IMG/VR virus record: IMGVR_UViG_3300033148_003000
Source of the DNA: an uncultured virus (IMG/VR IMGVR_UViG_3300033148_003000)
Lineage: Duplodnaviria; Heunggongvirae; Uroviricota; Caudoviricetes
Strand: one strand, 5' to 3'
DNA: 64,000 nucleotides
A program made the position numbers and the translations under genes. Each line of letters begins with the position of its first letter. Position 1 is the first letter of the stretch. Of this stretch, positions 9,570 through 19,581 are shown in pieces. The notes beneath the pieces were generated by a model. It was not told the DNA's origin and did no database searches. It worked only from the letters and a program-made list of their open reading frames with translations.

Positions 9570-12002
9570 TTAATACTGGAATTGTGCACTAAATTCAACA
9601 CTTTCACCTGCTTCTAATCTGATAAGGATATGATCTGCTGCTGCAAGTAATAGAACCTTAACATTAGCAATTAAAGTTTTCGCTTTTATCACAGCAGGTG
9701 TATTAATGGCAGCTGAAACATCAACTCTAAATGTATCACGAGGATTATCAGAATCAGGATTACCGATTTTTCCTTCGTCAAATAATCTTTGTAAAAATAA
9801 TTGAATTGCACTTTTTACGTTGGTTCTAAGTCTTTTAGTATGTAGTTTGGAAACCAGTGCTTCTAATCCTTCGGAAAGATTACGAGCAATAAATGCTCTC
9901 ATACTAACGGTTGAAATTTGTTCAACTGTTTCATCTCCTGATGTATTAATACCATTTAATATACACATACCATAACCTCTAAGGTTATCAATAGGTGAAA
10001 TACCTGCTAAAGTCAACTTATCGGAATCTGAATCTTCGCCACTACTACTGATCGTCAAAGTATTACCCAAAGAACCTAATATTAAAGATCTACTAGGAGA
10101 TGATTCAAATGCCAAAGATGCCAAACGACCTGTGTAAGATGGTGAATATGCAATGATATGAATATTACCTGTATCGGGATTTAAAAAATATTGTTCTGGA
10201 TGAGTTAAAATTACAAATGGACTGATTACATCATCAACAAATGCAATCGCTTCATTGTGTGTTGCATTTGGGGGTGAATTTAAGACAGCATAACGTTCAC
10301 GTTTATTTGTGACTAACGCTTTCAATGCAATAGCATTAACGTTAAGAGTTCCATGAGACTGTGATCCATAAGAAATCACGTCTACATAATTACTTTGTCC
10401 TGCAACTGCGATTGCAGTTTGCATTGAAAGATCATCGATTGGATCACCATTTGAACCACCATTCATGTTGGTAAATGTTGAAACAGTAATAGGTAACGTA
10501 TAATCAACAATTGAACTATTTCTGGTTACAGTTACCAATTGACTTCTTTGATTTATATAATCGACTAAATATTTTGGGGATGTTGGATTCATAGATAATT
10601 TTTTATATGGTTCATGATTGTCTAAACTGTCAATGATGTCAACATTAACAGATGTATTATTATTGTTGATTATTTTAATTGCGATTGAATTTCCAAAACT
10701 ACCACGATATTTTCCTTTAAAGGTTACAATATTATTATCAGCAATATCTTTAGCAATTAAAGATGAGTACTCTAAACCACCGTTAGATCCACCAGCCAAA
10801 GTTTGAGTATTAAGATTACGTGGAAGTAAGTCTGTTGCATTAACATCAACTCTTGTAGCACTAACTAAAGAACTACCACTTGTTATTACATCTACTATGT
10901 AAGCTGATGGTGTACCGTCATCCATTGTAAGATTAGAAAATGGTTCAGTTTGTTCAGTAATTAAATCATGAACAATAACAGTCTTAGTGCCTGCGGTTCC
11001 ATCTTGTACTGTAATTTTTATATTATTACCGTTTAAACCTTCTGTTACTGCATCAAACCTAACTATATCTCTCACGAGTGATGTAGTCATTGCAGATGCT
11101 GCCTGGTTTGTTGGTAACGTATCATCACTAATTAGTGATAAACGTTCAACTCTAACTAAATCACTATCAGTGTTGATTTTATCAACAATGAATGTCGATG
11201 AATTACCTTCATTCATATCTAAATTTGTGTAAGGTTCGGTAACAACATCAACCATTGCAGTTGATCCCTGGTTTGTTGGTAATGTATCAACATTCATACC
11301 AGAAACACGTTCTACACGTACCAGCGATGATGTAGAATTAATGGCATTAACTAAATAAGTAGAAGAAACATACTCATTCATGTTAACATTATCATATTCT
11401 TCTTCATCAATTTCACCTGCATTGATAACAATTTTAGAACCATTTAATGATCCATCAGAAATTGTAACGGTTGTTCCTGTACCAATACCCGAACCGTTAT
11501 AAATAAATTTCGCAATTCCACCTCCATCGATTTGATACAAAGGGCCTTTGATTGTAATATTTTTATTAGATCCTGATCCATCAGTGATTTCAACATTGGT
11601 TGGTCGATCGTTGGTTGGATCTTTACACAAAAATTTTACAATTGAACCTGCATCGTCTTGATACCAATGTGTGTTTGTGATAGTGTATGTAGATGCAGTC
11701 GGTGAACCATCAGCAGGTGTTGCTCTGATGATTTCTACATTGATTAAACTTTGCATGAACATCGCTGCACAATCAAGATAACCTTCCAAACCATCAACAT
11801 AACGACCGAATTTTCTTTGTAAATCGGGAAAATCATTCACTGCGGTTGAAATATTCTCGGGACCCCAATTATAATCACCAATAAATTGTGCAACCCTAAT
11901 AGCACGTTCACCAATTATAGTTAATGGTTGGACTTCCATAACTACAATACCCGGTGCTGCAAATTGTTTATAATTACTTCCTTCAGCAACAATTCTACCC
12001 AT
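9570..12002 (-). CDS. Contractile tail sheath protein with repeated inserted domains
   Basis: PGIVVMEV..FIGDYNWGP..FGR N-terminus, sheath-like C-terminus (SPS..GISPI..LFLQRLFDEGKI), LAGGSNG repeats. Confidence 0.9.
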   Translation of the reverse strand: MGRIVAEGSNYKQFAAPGIVVMEVQPLTIIGERAIRVAQFIGDYNWGPENISTAVNDFPDLQRKFGRYVDGLEGYLDCAAMFMQSLINVEIIRATPADGSPTASTYTITNTHWYQDDAGSIVKFLCKDPTNDRPTNVEITDGSGSNKNITIKGPLYQIDGGGIAKFIYNGSGIGTGTTVTISDGSLNGSKIVINAGEIDEEEYDNVNMNEYVSSTYLVNAINSTSSLVRVERVSGMNVDTLPTNQGSTAMVDVVTEPYTNLDMNEGNSSTFIVDKINTDSDLVRVERLSLISDDTLPTNQAASAMTTSLVRDIVRFDAVTEGLNGNNIKITVQDGTAGTKTVIVHDLITEQTEPFSNLTMDDGTPSAYIVDVITSGSSLVSATRVDVNATDLLPRNLNTQTLAGGSNGGLEYSSLIAKDIADNNIVTFKGKYRGSFGNSIAIKIINNNNTSVNVDIIDSLDNHEPYKKLSMNPTSPKYLVDYINQRSQLVTVTRNSSIVDYTLPITVSTFTNMNGGSNGDPIDDLSMQTAIAVAGQSNYVDVISYGSQSHGTLNVNAIALKALVTNKRERYAVLNSPPNATHNEAIAFVDDVISPFVILTHPEQYFLNPDTGNIHIIAYSPSYTGRLASLAFESSPSRSLILGSLGNTLTISSSGEDSDSDKLTLAGISPIDNLRGYGMCILNGINTSGDETVEQISTVSMRAFIARNLSEGLEALVSKLHTKRLRTNVKSAIQLFLQRLFDEGKIGNPDSDNPRDTFRVDVSAAINTPAVIKAKTLIANVKVLLLAAADHILIRLEAGESVEFSAQFQY

Positions 12003-12052
12003 TATATTTACTCCTTAATCAATTTTAGTTATATAACTAATTATCAATAATA

Positions 12053-12712
12053 TTAATTAATTTTTCTTATTTCCATTCTTATACCGTTAGGAATTTCACT
12101 GTAAGTTGTTTCAGTGATAACCGGATCAACTGGATCTTCAGGTAAAGATGTGTTGGTTTCTATATTTACTTGTATAATATCTGCTGGATATAAATTAAGT
12201 TCTTCATAAAGTTTATAAATAACTTCTATTCTAAAATCACATCTAAAAGGGTAATTCCCACTTTTATAGGTTTTTGATAATTTAATTAATTTAATATCTA
12301 CATATTCATCTAAACCGTCATCTACTAGATTAAATATTTGTACTGATTCACCTTTTAATAATAATGTTTTAATTTTATTTCGTATGTTGATTAATTTACT
12401 TGGGGTTTCTTCAACAATCGAAATAACAAAAACTGCATCACTTGTTCCAACATATTGCCATACTCTAAATGAACCATTTGGATTTTCTTCAAAAATATGA
12501 GTGTGAAGATCTGAATTCATGGTTCCATATTCATTACTCATCTCACAAAAAATACCAAAATAAGGAATTTTGGTTTTAATATATAGCTGATCAGGTTTAC
12601 TTGTGGCGATATTGTTTAAATTTATATCATCTTCATCATATATAATTTCATCTATATTTGAAACTAAATAATTACGGATTTTTTTAATTACTTTTATATC
12701 TTCATTTGGCAT
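12053..12712 (-). CDS. Tail terminator/completion protein (putative)
   Basis: Position before sheath; size. Confidence 0.5.
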   Translation of the reverse strand: MPNEDIKVIKKIRNYLVSNIDEIIYDEDDINLNNIATSKPDQLYIKTKIPYFGIFCEMSNEYGTMNSDLHTHIFEENPNGSFRVWQYVGTSDAVFVISIVEETPSKLINIRNKIKTLLLKGESVQIFNLVDDGLDEYVDIKLIKLSKTYKSGNYPFRCDFRIEVIYKLYEELNLYPADIIQVNIETNTSLPEDPVDPVITETTYSEIPNGIRMEIRKIN

Positions 12713-13164
12713 TACAGACCCAAATCTTTTTTAAGTTCTTCTAAGAATATTTTTTCTGCTTTTTTAATGATATAATCTTTATTGGTGTCAACAACAGGTC
12801 TTATATCTTTTAATAAATCATATCTTTGAGCGTAGATTCCTGTTGTTTTAATATCTATCGTTCCACTTACAGTTTTTCCCTTTATACTATTCATCATATC
12901 TTCATGATTAATAAAAAAGTGAAATGTATATGCAGGGTCTTTTTGACTTGTCCATTTTGGTGAAAGTTGTAAATAATTTCCAGATCCTAGTTTCTCATAT
13001 TCTTTTTCGTAGAAAAATACCTTAACTATGCGAATTACTTTATCTTTGATTTGTCTCCAAATTTTATTTATATCAGATACTTTTAATTTGTCAGATATTT
13101 TTTTTAAACGATCACCTTGTTTTTTAATTGGAATTCCTTTTAGAATTAATTTGAAGTCAATCAT
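12712..13164 (-). CDS. Neck/virion morphogenesis protein (putative)
   Basis: Synteny; basic; YLQLSPKW..MMNSI pattern. Confidence 0.5.
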   Translation of the reverse strand: MIDFKLILKGIPIKKQGDRLKKISDKLKVSDINKIWRQIKDKVIRIVKVFFYEKEYEKLGSGNYLQLSPKWTSQKDPAYTFHFFINHEDMMNSIKGKTVSGTIDIKTTGIYAQRYDLLKDIRPVVDTNKDYIIKKAEKIFLEELKKDLGL

Positions 13165-13184
13165 AATTTCACTTATTTAACCAA

Positions 13185-13670
13185 TTAGTCTTCTAAATCT
13201 GCAAGAATATCATCTGATGAAAATCGTCTTTCAGCAATAAATGTTTGACTTCGAGGTAAAAAATAATCGAATGATTTAGCTAACATTTTTTTAACTTTAT
13301 ATACTTCATCAACTTCACTGGTAGTATAAGGATCATATTCCCAAGGTATGATAATTAAATCATTAATACGAACATTGAATGAAGGTGTCGTGATAAATGT
13401 AACTGTATTTTTGCCTTCAAAATTCATTTCGCCAAAATTAGTTTGATTTTCTTTATCTAAGTGTTGTTTATAGGTGATGAAAATTTTATTATCAGACCAT
13501 TCAGGTTCACCTATAAATTCACCAAAACTATCAAATTTTGCGTTTGGTCCTGGTCTTCTTTTAGTTACTTCAAACCCGTTTTCTTGAATCCATTTTTCGT
13601 CATGAATACTGTCGTTTATATATGAATCCCGTGTCCAACACCAATGTCGTTTAACCATAATTTGTCCCAA
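13185..13670 (-). CDS. Head-closure protein (putative)
   Basis: Synteny after adaptor. Confidence 0.5.
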   Translation of the reverse strand: MGQIMVKRHWCWTRDSYINDSIHDEKWIQENGFEVTKRRPGPNAKFDSFGEFIGEPEWSDNKIFITYKQHLDKENQTNFGEMNFEGKNTVTFITTPSFNVRINDLIIIPWEYDPYTTSEVDEVYKVKKMLAKSFDYFLPRSQTFIAERRFSSDDILADLED

Positions 13671-13673
13671 TTT

Positions 13674-14258
13674 CTACAAACTTAAAATTTTACGTCTATA
13701 TGGTTCAAGTTTTTGTTTGATTTGTGTCCATAAAGGTAAAGGTGTTGGTTCATAAACAAATTTAGAATTATTACCACTTTCACTATGCAACACACCACGC
13801 ATGTGTTCTTGTAAAGTTAATCCTGCTTGTTCGATGATAGCTTGTTTGATTACAAAGGGTATTTCATGGATTTCCCAACCACCATTATAGGACAATGTAT
13901 AATAACAATCAGAATTATATTCATCAGGATATTTGACCATAAATTTTGTTACTAAATATTTAACAGATTCAACAATTACAAGATCTGTTACACCAACATA
14001 TGTATAAGACAATTCAGATACTGAATGGACTGGGTAAACTCTACAAGATCTAATTGCGGAACTACCACCCCAAAATCGGTCTACGTAGTTTCCTCGATCT
14101 AAACGACGGCCTAAAAAGTTATCTATTATTTCTTCTATTGCAGATAAGAAAAATATCAAACTATCTATTGATGGAAAACATTTTCCATCACCTATCTCAA
14201 CCTTGACACCAGATTGACCTTCAAGAAATTCCTGAACTGTTATATATCTAAGAGTCAT
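13674..14258 (-). CDS. Head-tail adaptor/connector (gp6/gp15-like)
   Basis: YITVQEF..IIDNFLGR..YPVHSV..YNGGW..IPFVIKQAI..LEPYRR. Confidence 0.8.
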   Translation of the reverse strand: MTLRYITVQEFLEGQSGVKVEIGDGKCFPSIDSLIFFLSAIEEIIDNFLGRRLDRGNYVDRFWGGSSAIRSCRVYPVHSVSELSYTYVGVTDLVIVESVKYLVTKFMVKYPDEYNSDCYYTLSYNGGWEIHEIPFVIKQAIIEQAGLTLQEHMRGVLHSESGNNSKFVYEPTPLPLWTQIKQKLEPYRRKILSL

Positions 14259-14266
14259 AACAATCC

Positions 14267-14536
14267 TTATGCGTTAGCTATATCACCACAAAAGTTAACA
14301 GCAACATAATATATCTTATCAGCAGCATCTTTAACTTGTTCAAATTCTTTCACATCGAATGCCCAACTATCTCCTCTAGTTATAACTGTCCCAATTTTAA
14401 CAATTGAACCACCCTTAAAAATAGGATCATTTTCAACTACTGTATATGTATTAGTTGTTTGTAAAGTATTTATAACTTTATAAATTTTAGAAAGATTTGT
14501 ATCTTTCAACATAATTGTTTTAGCATTATTAGCCAT
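14267..14536 (-). CDS. Small virion protein downstream of capsid
   Basis: ORF with AGGAG RBS in head module. Confidence 0.5.
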   Translation of the reverse strand: MANNAKTIMLKDTNLSKIYKVINTLQTTNTYTVVENDPIFKGGSIVKIGTVITRGDSWAFDVKEFEQVKDAADKIYYVAVNFCGDIANA

Positions 14537-14548
14537 GTTTTTCTCCTT

Positions 14549-15607
14549 TTATATTTTATCAATACCTGATATGAAACCAGATGTTAATGTATACAAGAAA
14601 TCCAAACCCATTGAATCCAATACAGCAATTTTCTTTTCATCCATAGGATATGTTCTTGGCATATCTACTTGTCTTGGGTCAAATACTCTAACCATATCAA
14701 TTTCACTCATGTCTAACATAAGAACTGTATCATTAACATTACTAATTTTAGCTTCATTGAATAATTTTATTGGTATACGGAAACCATTTAGTGAAACGTA
14801 CACAGGAACTTCTTGTGCCATACTGAATTGAGTAGGAGTTGTATAAACTTTAGGTTCATCAGACCATTTATTTAAAGTCCTTAAAGCTTTTTGACACATC
14901 CAAAGTATTGCATTTTCAACTTCTCCGCCATTATCAACAAGAATTGAGAAAATTAGATTTTCTAAATCATCTTGAATTAACATATGTGAACCAAGTGCTC
15001 CACCACTATATGTTAATGATGTTCCAGTATTGCTACTTAATGATTCTCTTGCAAGAATTGTCAAAATACCATCGGTTTCATTATCTTTACTTCTATCACC
15101 ATTAAAAATGAAATCTTCTTTTGCTAAAGAGAAACATTTTAAGTTACCTTCCATACGTCTTTTTATAACGTTCTCAGGATTAGGGTTTTGTGATAATAAT
15201 TTAACTAGCATTGTCCATTCGATACCAACCCCTAGCATCATAATTTTGTTTTCCTTCCGATTATATGAAGGTTTTGGATTAAACGCTTGAACACCTTCAT
15301 GTATCTTGAATGAATCTCTTGAGGCTGATTGTAAAGCTTCAGTCATCATCTCAAACATAAACCCATTTTCTTTACGTACTTCTTTACTCTCTAATGCATC
15401 TAACATTGGAGTTTTAACATTTTTAGATATATCTCTAATCATGTTTTTCATTGATGGCATGTTACCCTGCATTTTGACAGGATCAGTTGAATCAAAATCC
15501 TGAGAAGTCATTTGTTCTCTTCGGATTTCGCCTAATATTTGATCTCTTGATTCTTTGGTGGCAAACATGTCACCAATTTGTTTGACCATTTCTTCTGTTA
15601 TTTTCAT
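14549..15607 (-). CDS. Major capsid protein (HK97 fold)
   Basis: 352 aa after protease; TPMLDAL, KEDFIFNGD..ETDGI motifs. Confidence 0.85.
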   Translation of the reverse strand: MKITEEMVKQIGDMFATKESRDQILGEIRREQMTSQDFDSTDPVKMQGNMPSMKNMIRDISKNVKTPMLDALESKEVRKENGFMFEMMTEALQSASRDSFKIHEGVQAFNPKPSYNRKENKIMMLGVGIEWTMLVKLLSQNPNPENVIKRRMEGNLKCFSLAKEDFIFNGDRSKDNETDGILTILARESLSSNTGTSLTYSGGALGSHMLIQDDLENLIFSILVDNGGEVENAILWMCQKALRTLNKWSDEPKVYTTPTQFSMAQEVPVYVSLNGFRIPIKLFNEAKISNVNDTVLMLDMSEIDMVRVFDPRQVDMPRTYPMDEKKIAVLDSMGLDFLYTLTSGFISGIDKI

Positions 15608-17163
15608 TATATGGCTCCTTCGTTTTTCATACTTTCTACAAATGCCTTACTCCAAAGATCCATAGAAGAAAGTTGTTCATTATCTTGTTTATTATCTTGT
15701 TTTTCACGTTTTATTTCAGTAAGAACCTTTTCTTCTTGATTTTCTGGTTGTTTATTTATACAAGAAATAATCTTATGTAAACTTTCGCTAAGAATTAAAA
15801 TGTTTTTTTGTATTGCAAGTATATCATTTTCTTGTTTTGCAAATCCTTTTAATACAATTTCTTTAACAACTTTTTCTACACTTTCTCTTGTAATAAATGC
15901 AGAAAGATCATATTCTTGTTTTTTTGGTTCTTCTGTTTTTGGTTCTTCTTTAGATTGTTTACTTTCACGTTCGATTAAACATGCAAAAGATTTTTGAAGA
16001 TCATCAATTGAGTCTTGCATTTTTTTGTTATCAATTGTAATTTGAATTTGTTGAGGTTCGGGTTTGTTTTCTACTATTTTAAGACCTTCTTCAGGGGTTT
16101 TAACTTCAGTTTTGACTTCAGTTTTAACTTCACCTTCTACTTTGTTATCTTTAGATTGAGGTTCAACAACAACTGCATCAGTTGAGACAGTTTCTTTTGT
16201 AGATGTTTCAACAGCTACTTTTTCATTTTTGTCTACCATTGTATTTTCTCCTTTAAATTTTTCTTTTTGTTTATTCATAACAACTGTCATTGCTTCTCTT
16301 GCAATACCATGAACCAATGATATGGGATTAGATGGTACAGAAGTAACTGCAATTTTTTTAATCCTAATTCGATTTACAATAATTTCAACTGAACCATGAT
16401 AATATCCAAATTCTTCAGTTGTTGTAATGGGATTTTTTGTATTATCATAATTGAGAATATCGGCATCTGTTACATCACCAACAATCGATAATCCAATTAA
16501 TAGTGAAGGAAATTTCTCAACTTTATCATTAGAATCAACCTGTTTTTGTATAAGTTTATATAGATATGAACTAAATGGATGGTTTGGATCTAATTCTGCT
16601 TTAATTTTCAGTAAATAGTTATAACCATCAAACTCAACATATGCCTCGGTGATGATACCCATATTGGCTTTCCAATTACCATTATGAGTGTCTTCTAAAA
16701 TAACAGGATAATAATTACTTTCTTTAATATTAGCGTTGATTTGATTTGCCATATCTTCCAAACATAAATGAGTACATTTAGTTTGAAAATCATCAAACAT
16801 ATCACTAGATGCAACACCATGAATGACCATTTTTTTAGTGGATTTATCAATTGATGCTCGTTCGATAGTAACTAAAAAAGGTTCTTCATGTTTAAAATTT
16901 TTCACAATTTTATGAGATTCTAATTCTTTCCAATCATCTACTTCAAGATTCATGTTCAAAACTTGAGCAGATCTTTCGATATTGGCCCAAGCTTCATTTT
17001 TTATTATTTCAGTAGGTGTATCTCCATTAGGATTTTTCACCTCATTAAATCTAGATATAGCAGATTGTAACTGATTATATGTATCAATCGGTAATTTGTT
17101 GAGTTGTTTAAAAGGTGTATTGCGATAATCTTTTGGATTAAATGTAAATGCAAATTCTTTCAT
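15607..17163 (-). CDS. Prohead protease with C-terminal scaffold region and extra N-terminal domain
   Basis: IHGVASS..D, DTH (His), IGLSIVG (Ser), IAVTSVPSNP; acidic coiled C-terminus. Confidence 0.8.
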   Translation of the reverse strand: MKEFAFTFNPKDYRNTPFKQLNKLPIDTYNQLQSAISRFNEVKNPNGDTPTEIIKNEAWANIERSAQVLNMNLEVDDWKELESHKIVKNFKHEEPFLVTIERASIDKSTKKMVIHGVASSDMFDDFQTKCTHLCLEDMANQINANIKESNYYPVILEDTHNGNWKANMGIITEAYVEFDGYNYLLKIKAELDPNHPFSSYLYKLIQKQVDSNDKVEKFPSLLIGLSIVGDVTDADILNYDNTKNPITTTEEFGYYHGSVEIIVNRIRIKKIAVTSVPSNPISLVHGIAREAMTVVMNKQKEKFKGENTMVDKNEKVAVETSTKETVSTDAVVVEPQSKDNKVEGEVKTEVKTEVKTPEEGLKIVENKPEPQQIQITIDNKKMQDSIDDLQKSFACLIERESKQSKEEPKTEEPKKQEYDLSAFITRESVEKVVKEIVLKGFAKQENDILAIQKNILILSESLHKIISCINKQPENQEEKVLTEIKREKQDNKQDNEQLSSMDLWSKAFVESMKNEGAI

Positions 17164-17190
17164 GTTAATCCTTTATAAATTTTATTCTTA

Positions 17191-17739
17191 TTATTGATAA
17201 TGATATTTAAATAATTCTTCTAATTGTGGGGATAATACAAGTGTATACGGTAAAGTAATTTTGTTTAGAATTATAATTCGAGGTTTATTGTAATCACGAA
17301 TTAATATTTTCTTTTTAATTAGTTTTCGAATTGTATAATCACACCGTGAACGTTTTGTTTGTAATTTTATTCTTAATTTAGTGATTGTCCAAGTTTCGTT
17401 TTTATTTTCATATTCTTTAATTAGATTGATTATTTTAATATCTCTAATAATACTAGGAATTAAAAGATTTAGATAATTTGGTAAAGATGATTCTGAAATT
17501 TCTTGGAGAAATTTAAATCTTTTTTTATGTCCTCTTGTTTCAACTATCTTAATGATTTTATGTCTAACTAATAGTTGAATAACATATCGACGGTAATTTT
17601 TAGCTTGATAAAAATCATTTTGTAATTCGTAGTCAAATTTTTGCAACGTTTTGATTTTTAAAATACCTGTTTTTTTAATTTCACGAATACATGCTTCCAA
17701 TAATGGAACTAAATATCCTTGAAATTTTAAATTTTTCAT
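17191..17739 (-). CDS. Putative winged-helix DNA-binding protein
   Basis: Very basic; two wHTH-like segments (TITKLRIKLQTKRSRCDYTIRKLIKKKILIRD). Confidence 0.5.
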   Translation of the reverse strand: MKNLKFQGYLVPLLEACIREIKKTGILKIKTLQKFDYELQNDFYQAKNYRRYVIQLLVRHKIIKIVETRGHKKRFKFLQEISESSLPNYLNLLIPSIIRDIKIINLIKEYENKNETWTITKLRIKLQTKRSRCDYTIRKLIKKKILIRDYNKPRIIILNKITLPYTLVLSPQLEELFKYHYQ

Positions 17740-17926
17740 AATTACCCTCTCATATATACTAAATCAACCCCATGTAAAGTTTTGTAACAAGTGATTGATC
17801 ATAGACCTGAAATTTTTGTTACAAAAACATGTACCAAAAACCCCGAGGAAATATTTTTAATTTTTGAAATAGGGGTTGATAAATATGAAGTTTTTTTACA
17901 TTTTCTAACAAATTGTAACAATTGTG

Positions 17927-17955
17927 TTGCAGAATATTAAAAAATAAAGTATAAT
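17927..17955 (+). promoter_or_regulatory. sigma70-like promoter
   Basis: TTGCAG-17-TATAAT. Confidence 0.5.
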
Positions 17956-17961
17956 ATAATT

Positions 17962-18360
17962 ATGCATATAAATAGTTCAATTTTAGACAAAGTTGAAAGA
18001 CGTTCTAAATATCTAGAATTACGTCTACAAGAACTTAAGAAATATTTCAGATGGATAATTAACAATGATGAAAGTATAATAGAAACTGAAATACATATAC
18101 CAAATAAACCATATAAATATCGCAAATTACATGAATATTGTATACATGAAAAATTATTACAATATCAAGGAATCGAAGATAATAAATATAAATATAAAAT
18201 AGGAATTGAAAAAGTGGAAAATTATTTAAATAAATTAACAACACAATTAAAAACTTACAATAAATTAATTGTTTATTTAAGAAATAATTTAAGAATTGAA
18301 AGTCGAACAAAAATGTATCGTATTTATGAATATTACAGAGGAGTATATAATGACCAATAA
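17962..18360 (+). CDS. Hypothetical protein
   Basis: ORF after promoter. Confidence 0.55.
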   Translation: MHINSSILDKVERRSKYLELRLQELKKYFRWIINNDESIIETEIHIPNKPYKYRKLHEYCIHEKLLQYQGIEDNKYKYKIGIEKVENYLNKLTTQLKTYNKLIVYLRNNLRIESRTKMYRIYEYYRGVYNDQ

Positions 18361-18733
18361 TCAAGAAAACAATAACCAAGAAAAAGACAACACCAATTGG
18401 GAAATGGGCAAAAAAATTCTTAAAACACTTAGAGGAAGAACATTAAACCCAAAATATTTAGAAGAAGTGTATCAACATTTTGGTTTACCAATCACTCCAA
18501 TTAGTGATGTAATTGAATTGTTTAAAGGTGTTGTTAATGATTACATTGATATTAGCATCCATAATGTTCTTGATGCAAAACCGGAAGAATTGCAAAATAA
18601 ACTATATGCACTGAAATGTCTAACAACTTTATATTTCATGAATATCGCAATACTAAAAGGTGTTCAAAGGACAATTAGTGAAAAACAATCACCAATCATT
18701 ATCACACCTCGAAATGGTGATAAAGGAAGTTAA
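18350..18733 (+). CDS. Hypothetical protein
   Basis: GAGGAG RBS before ATG 18350. Confidence 0.65.
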   Translation: MTNNQENNNQEKDNTNWEMGKKILKTLRGRTLNPKYLEEVYQHFGLPITPISDVIELFKGVVNDYIDISIHNVLDAKPEELQNKLYALKCLTTLYFMNIAILKGVQRTISEKQSPIIITPRNGDKGS

Positions 18734-18735
18734 CA

Positions 18736-18987
18736 ATGATTTCTAAATACAAAGAAATTCTTTTTTTAGAAGAATTAAAAGAAAATGAAAACAAGTATTT
18801 TACAGTAGATTGGCCTAAATTGGTTTATGATTTTATTCGTGAACCCATCTTAGAGATTAACGATTTTGTGGTTGATTTAAATGGTAAGGAATTAATAAAC
18901 GCAAATTTTTATTCCATTAAGTTAACACAAAAAGGTTGTGAATATTTGGATAAAATTCACGAAAGGTTATATTATGATGAACGTTAA
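18736..18987 (+). CDS. Hypothetical protein (possible winged helix)
   Basis: IKLTQKGCEYL wing motif. Confidence 0.55.
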   Translation: MISKYKEILFLEELKENENKYFTVDWPKLVYDFIREPILEINDFVVDLNGKELINANFYSIKLTQKGCEYLDKIHERLYYDER

Positions 18988-19095
18988 AAGAATATCTGTG
19001 TGTTCATATGCTGTTGCGAAATTGGTAAGATCTGATGAATATCGTATAGATAAGTAACTAAATAGTAAACTACAAATTCAAAAGTGAAAGCGTAA

Positions 19096-19381
19096 ATGTT
19101 AATAAAGTCAGCATATAAATTCCAACTAAAACCTAAATCAAATGACTTACATAAATTAAGTCAATTTGCTGGATGCTGTAGATATGTCTGGAACAAAGCT
19201 CTAGAATTACAAAAGAAACAATTAGATAATAAAGAAAAATTATTTAAATATACAGAGCTTTCAAAAAACTTGTTGAGAGGATGTGACATTGGTCAGTCGA
19301 TGAAGCAGGAACCCGCCGAAAGAGTACAAATACAAGTTTGTATTTAGTAGGAATTATATACATTGTATGTAAGGATGTCAA
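19096..19381 (+). mobile_element. tnpB: Internally deleted IS200/IS605-family tnpB remnant with retained right end
   Basis: TnpB N-terminal HTH (AYKFQLKP..FAGCCRYVWNKAL) fused directly to the C-terminal tail (QSMKQEPAE); no RuvC or zinc finger; followed by GTAGGAAT-hairpin-GGATGTCAA. Confidence 0.8.
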
Positions 19382-19436
19382 AACAGACATGTATATAATG
19401 TTTTGTATCAATATTATCAAAAATCTAGAAAAGGTC

Positions 19437-19465
19437 TTGACTTTTATTCAGATTTTTGGTATACT
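19437..19465 (+). promoter_or_regulatory. sigma70-like promoter
   Basis: TTGACT-17-TATACT with extended TG. Confidence 0.7.
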
Positions 19466-19581
19466 TTTAGAAATAGTTTTAGGAATAATGAAACAAATTT
19501 AACTTTAGAAGAAGGAATCAAAATGGTAGAAAAATCTTCTAAAATGATAAAAAACAAACGCAATAACTAAATAAAGGGAAA

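Noticed and set aside
1568..15997. Plus-strand ORFs within the structural operon (1568, 1893, 3772, 5780, 7309, 10618, 10987, 14535, 14908, 15030, 15306, 15800)
   Set aside because: Antisense shadows of well-supported minus-strand genes.
19382..19400. Putative TnpB guide matching ~37724-37734 or ~56946-56959 (11-nt cores)
   Set aside because: Short AT-rich partial matches are expected by chance; no TAM could be established.
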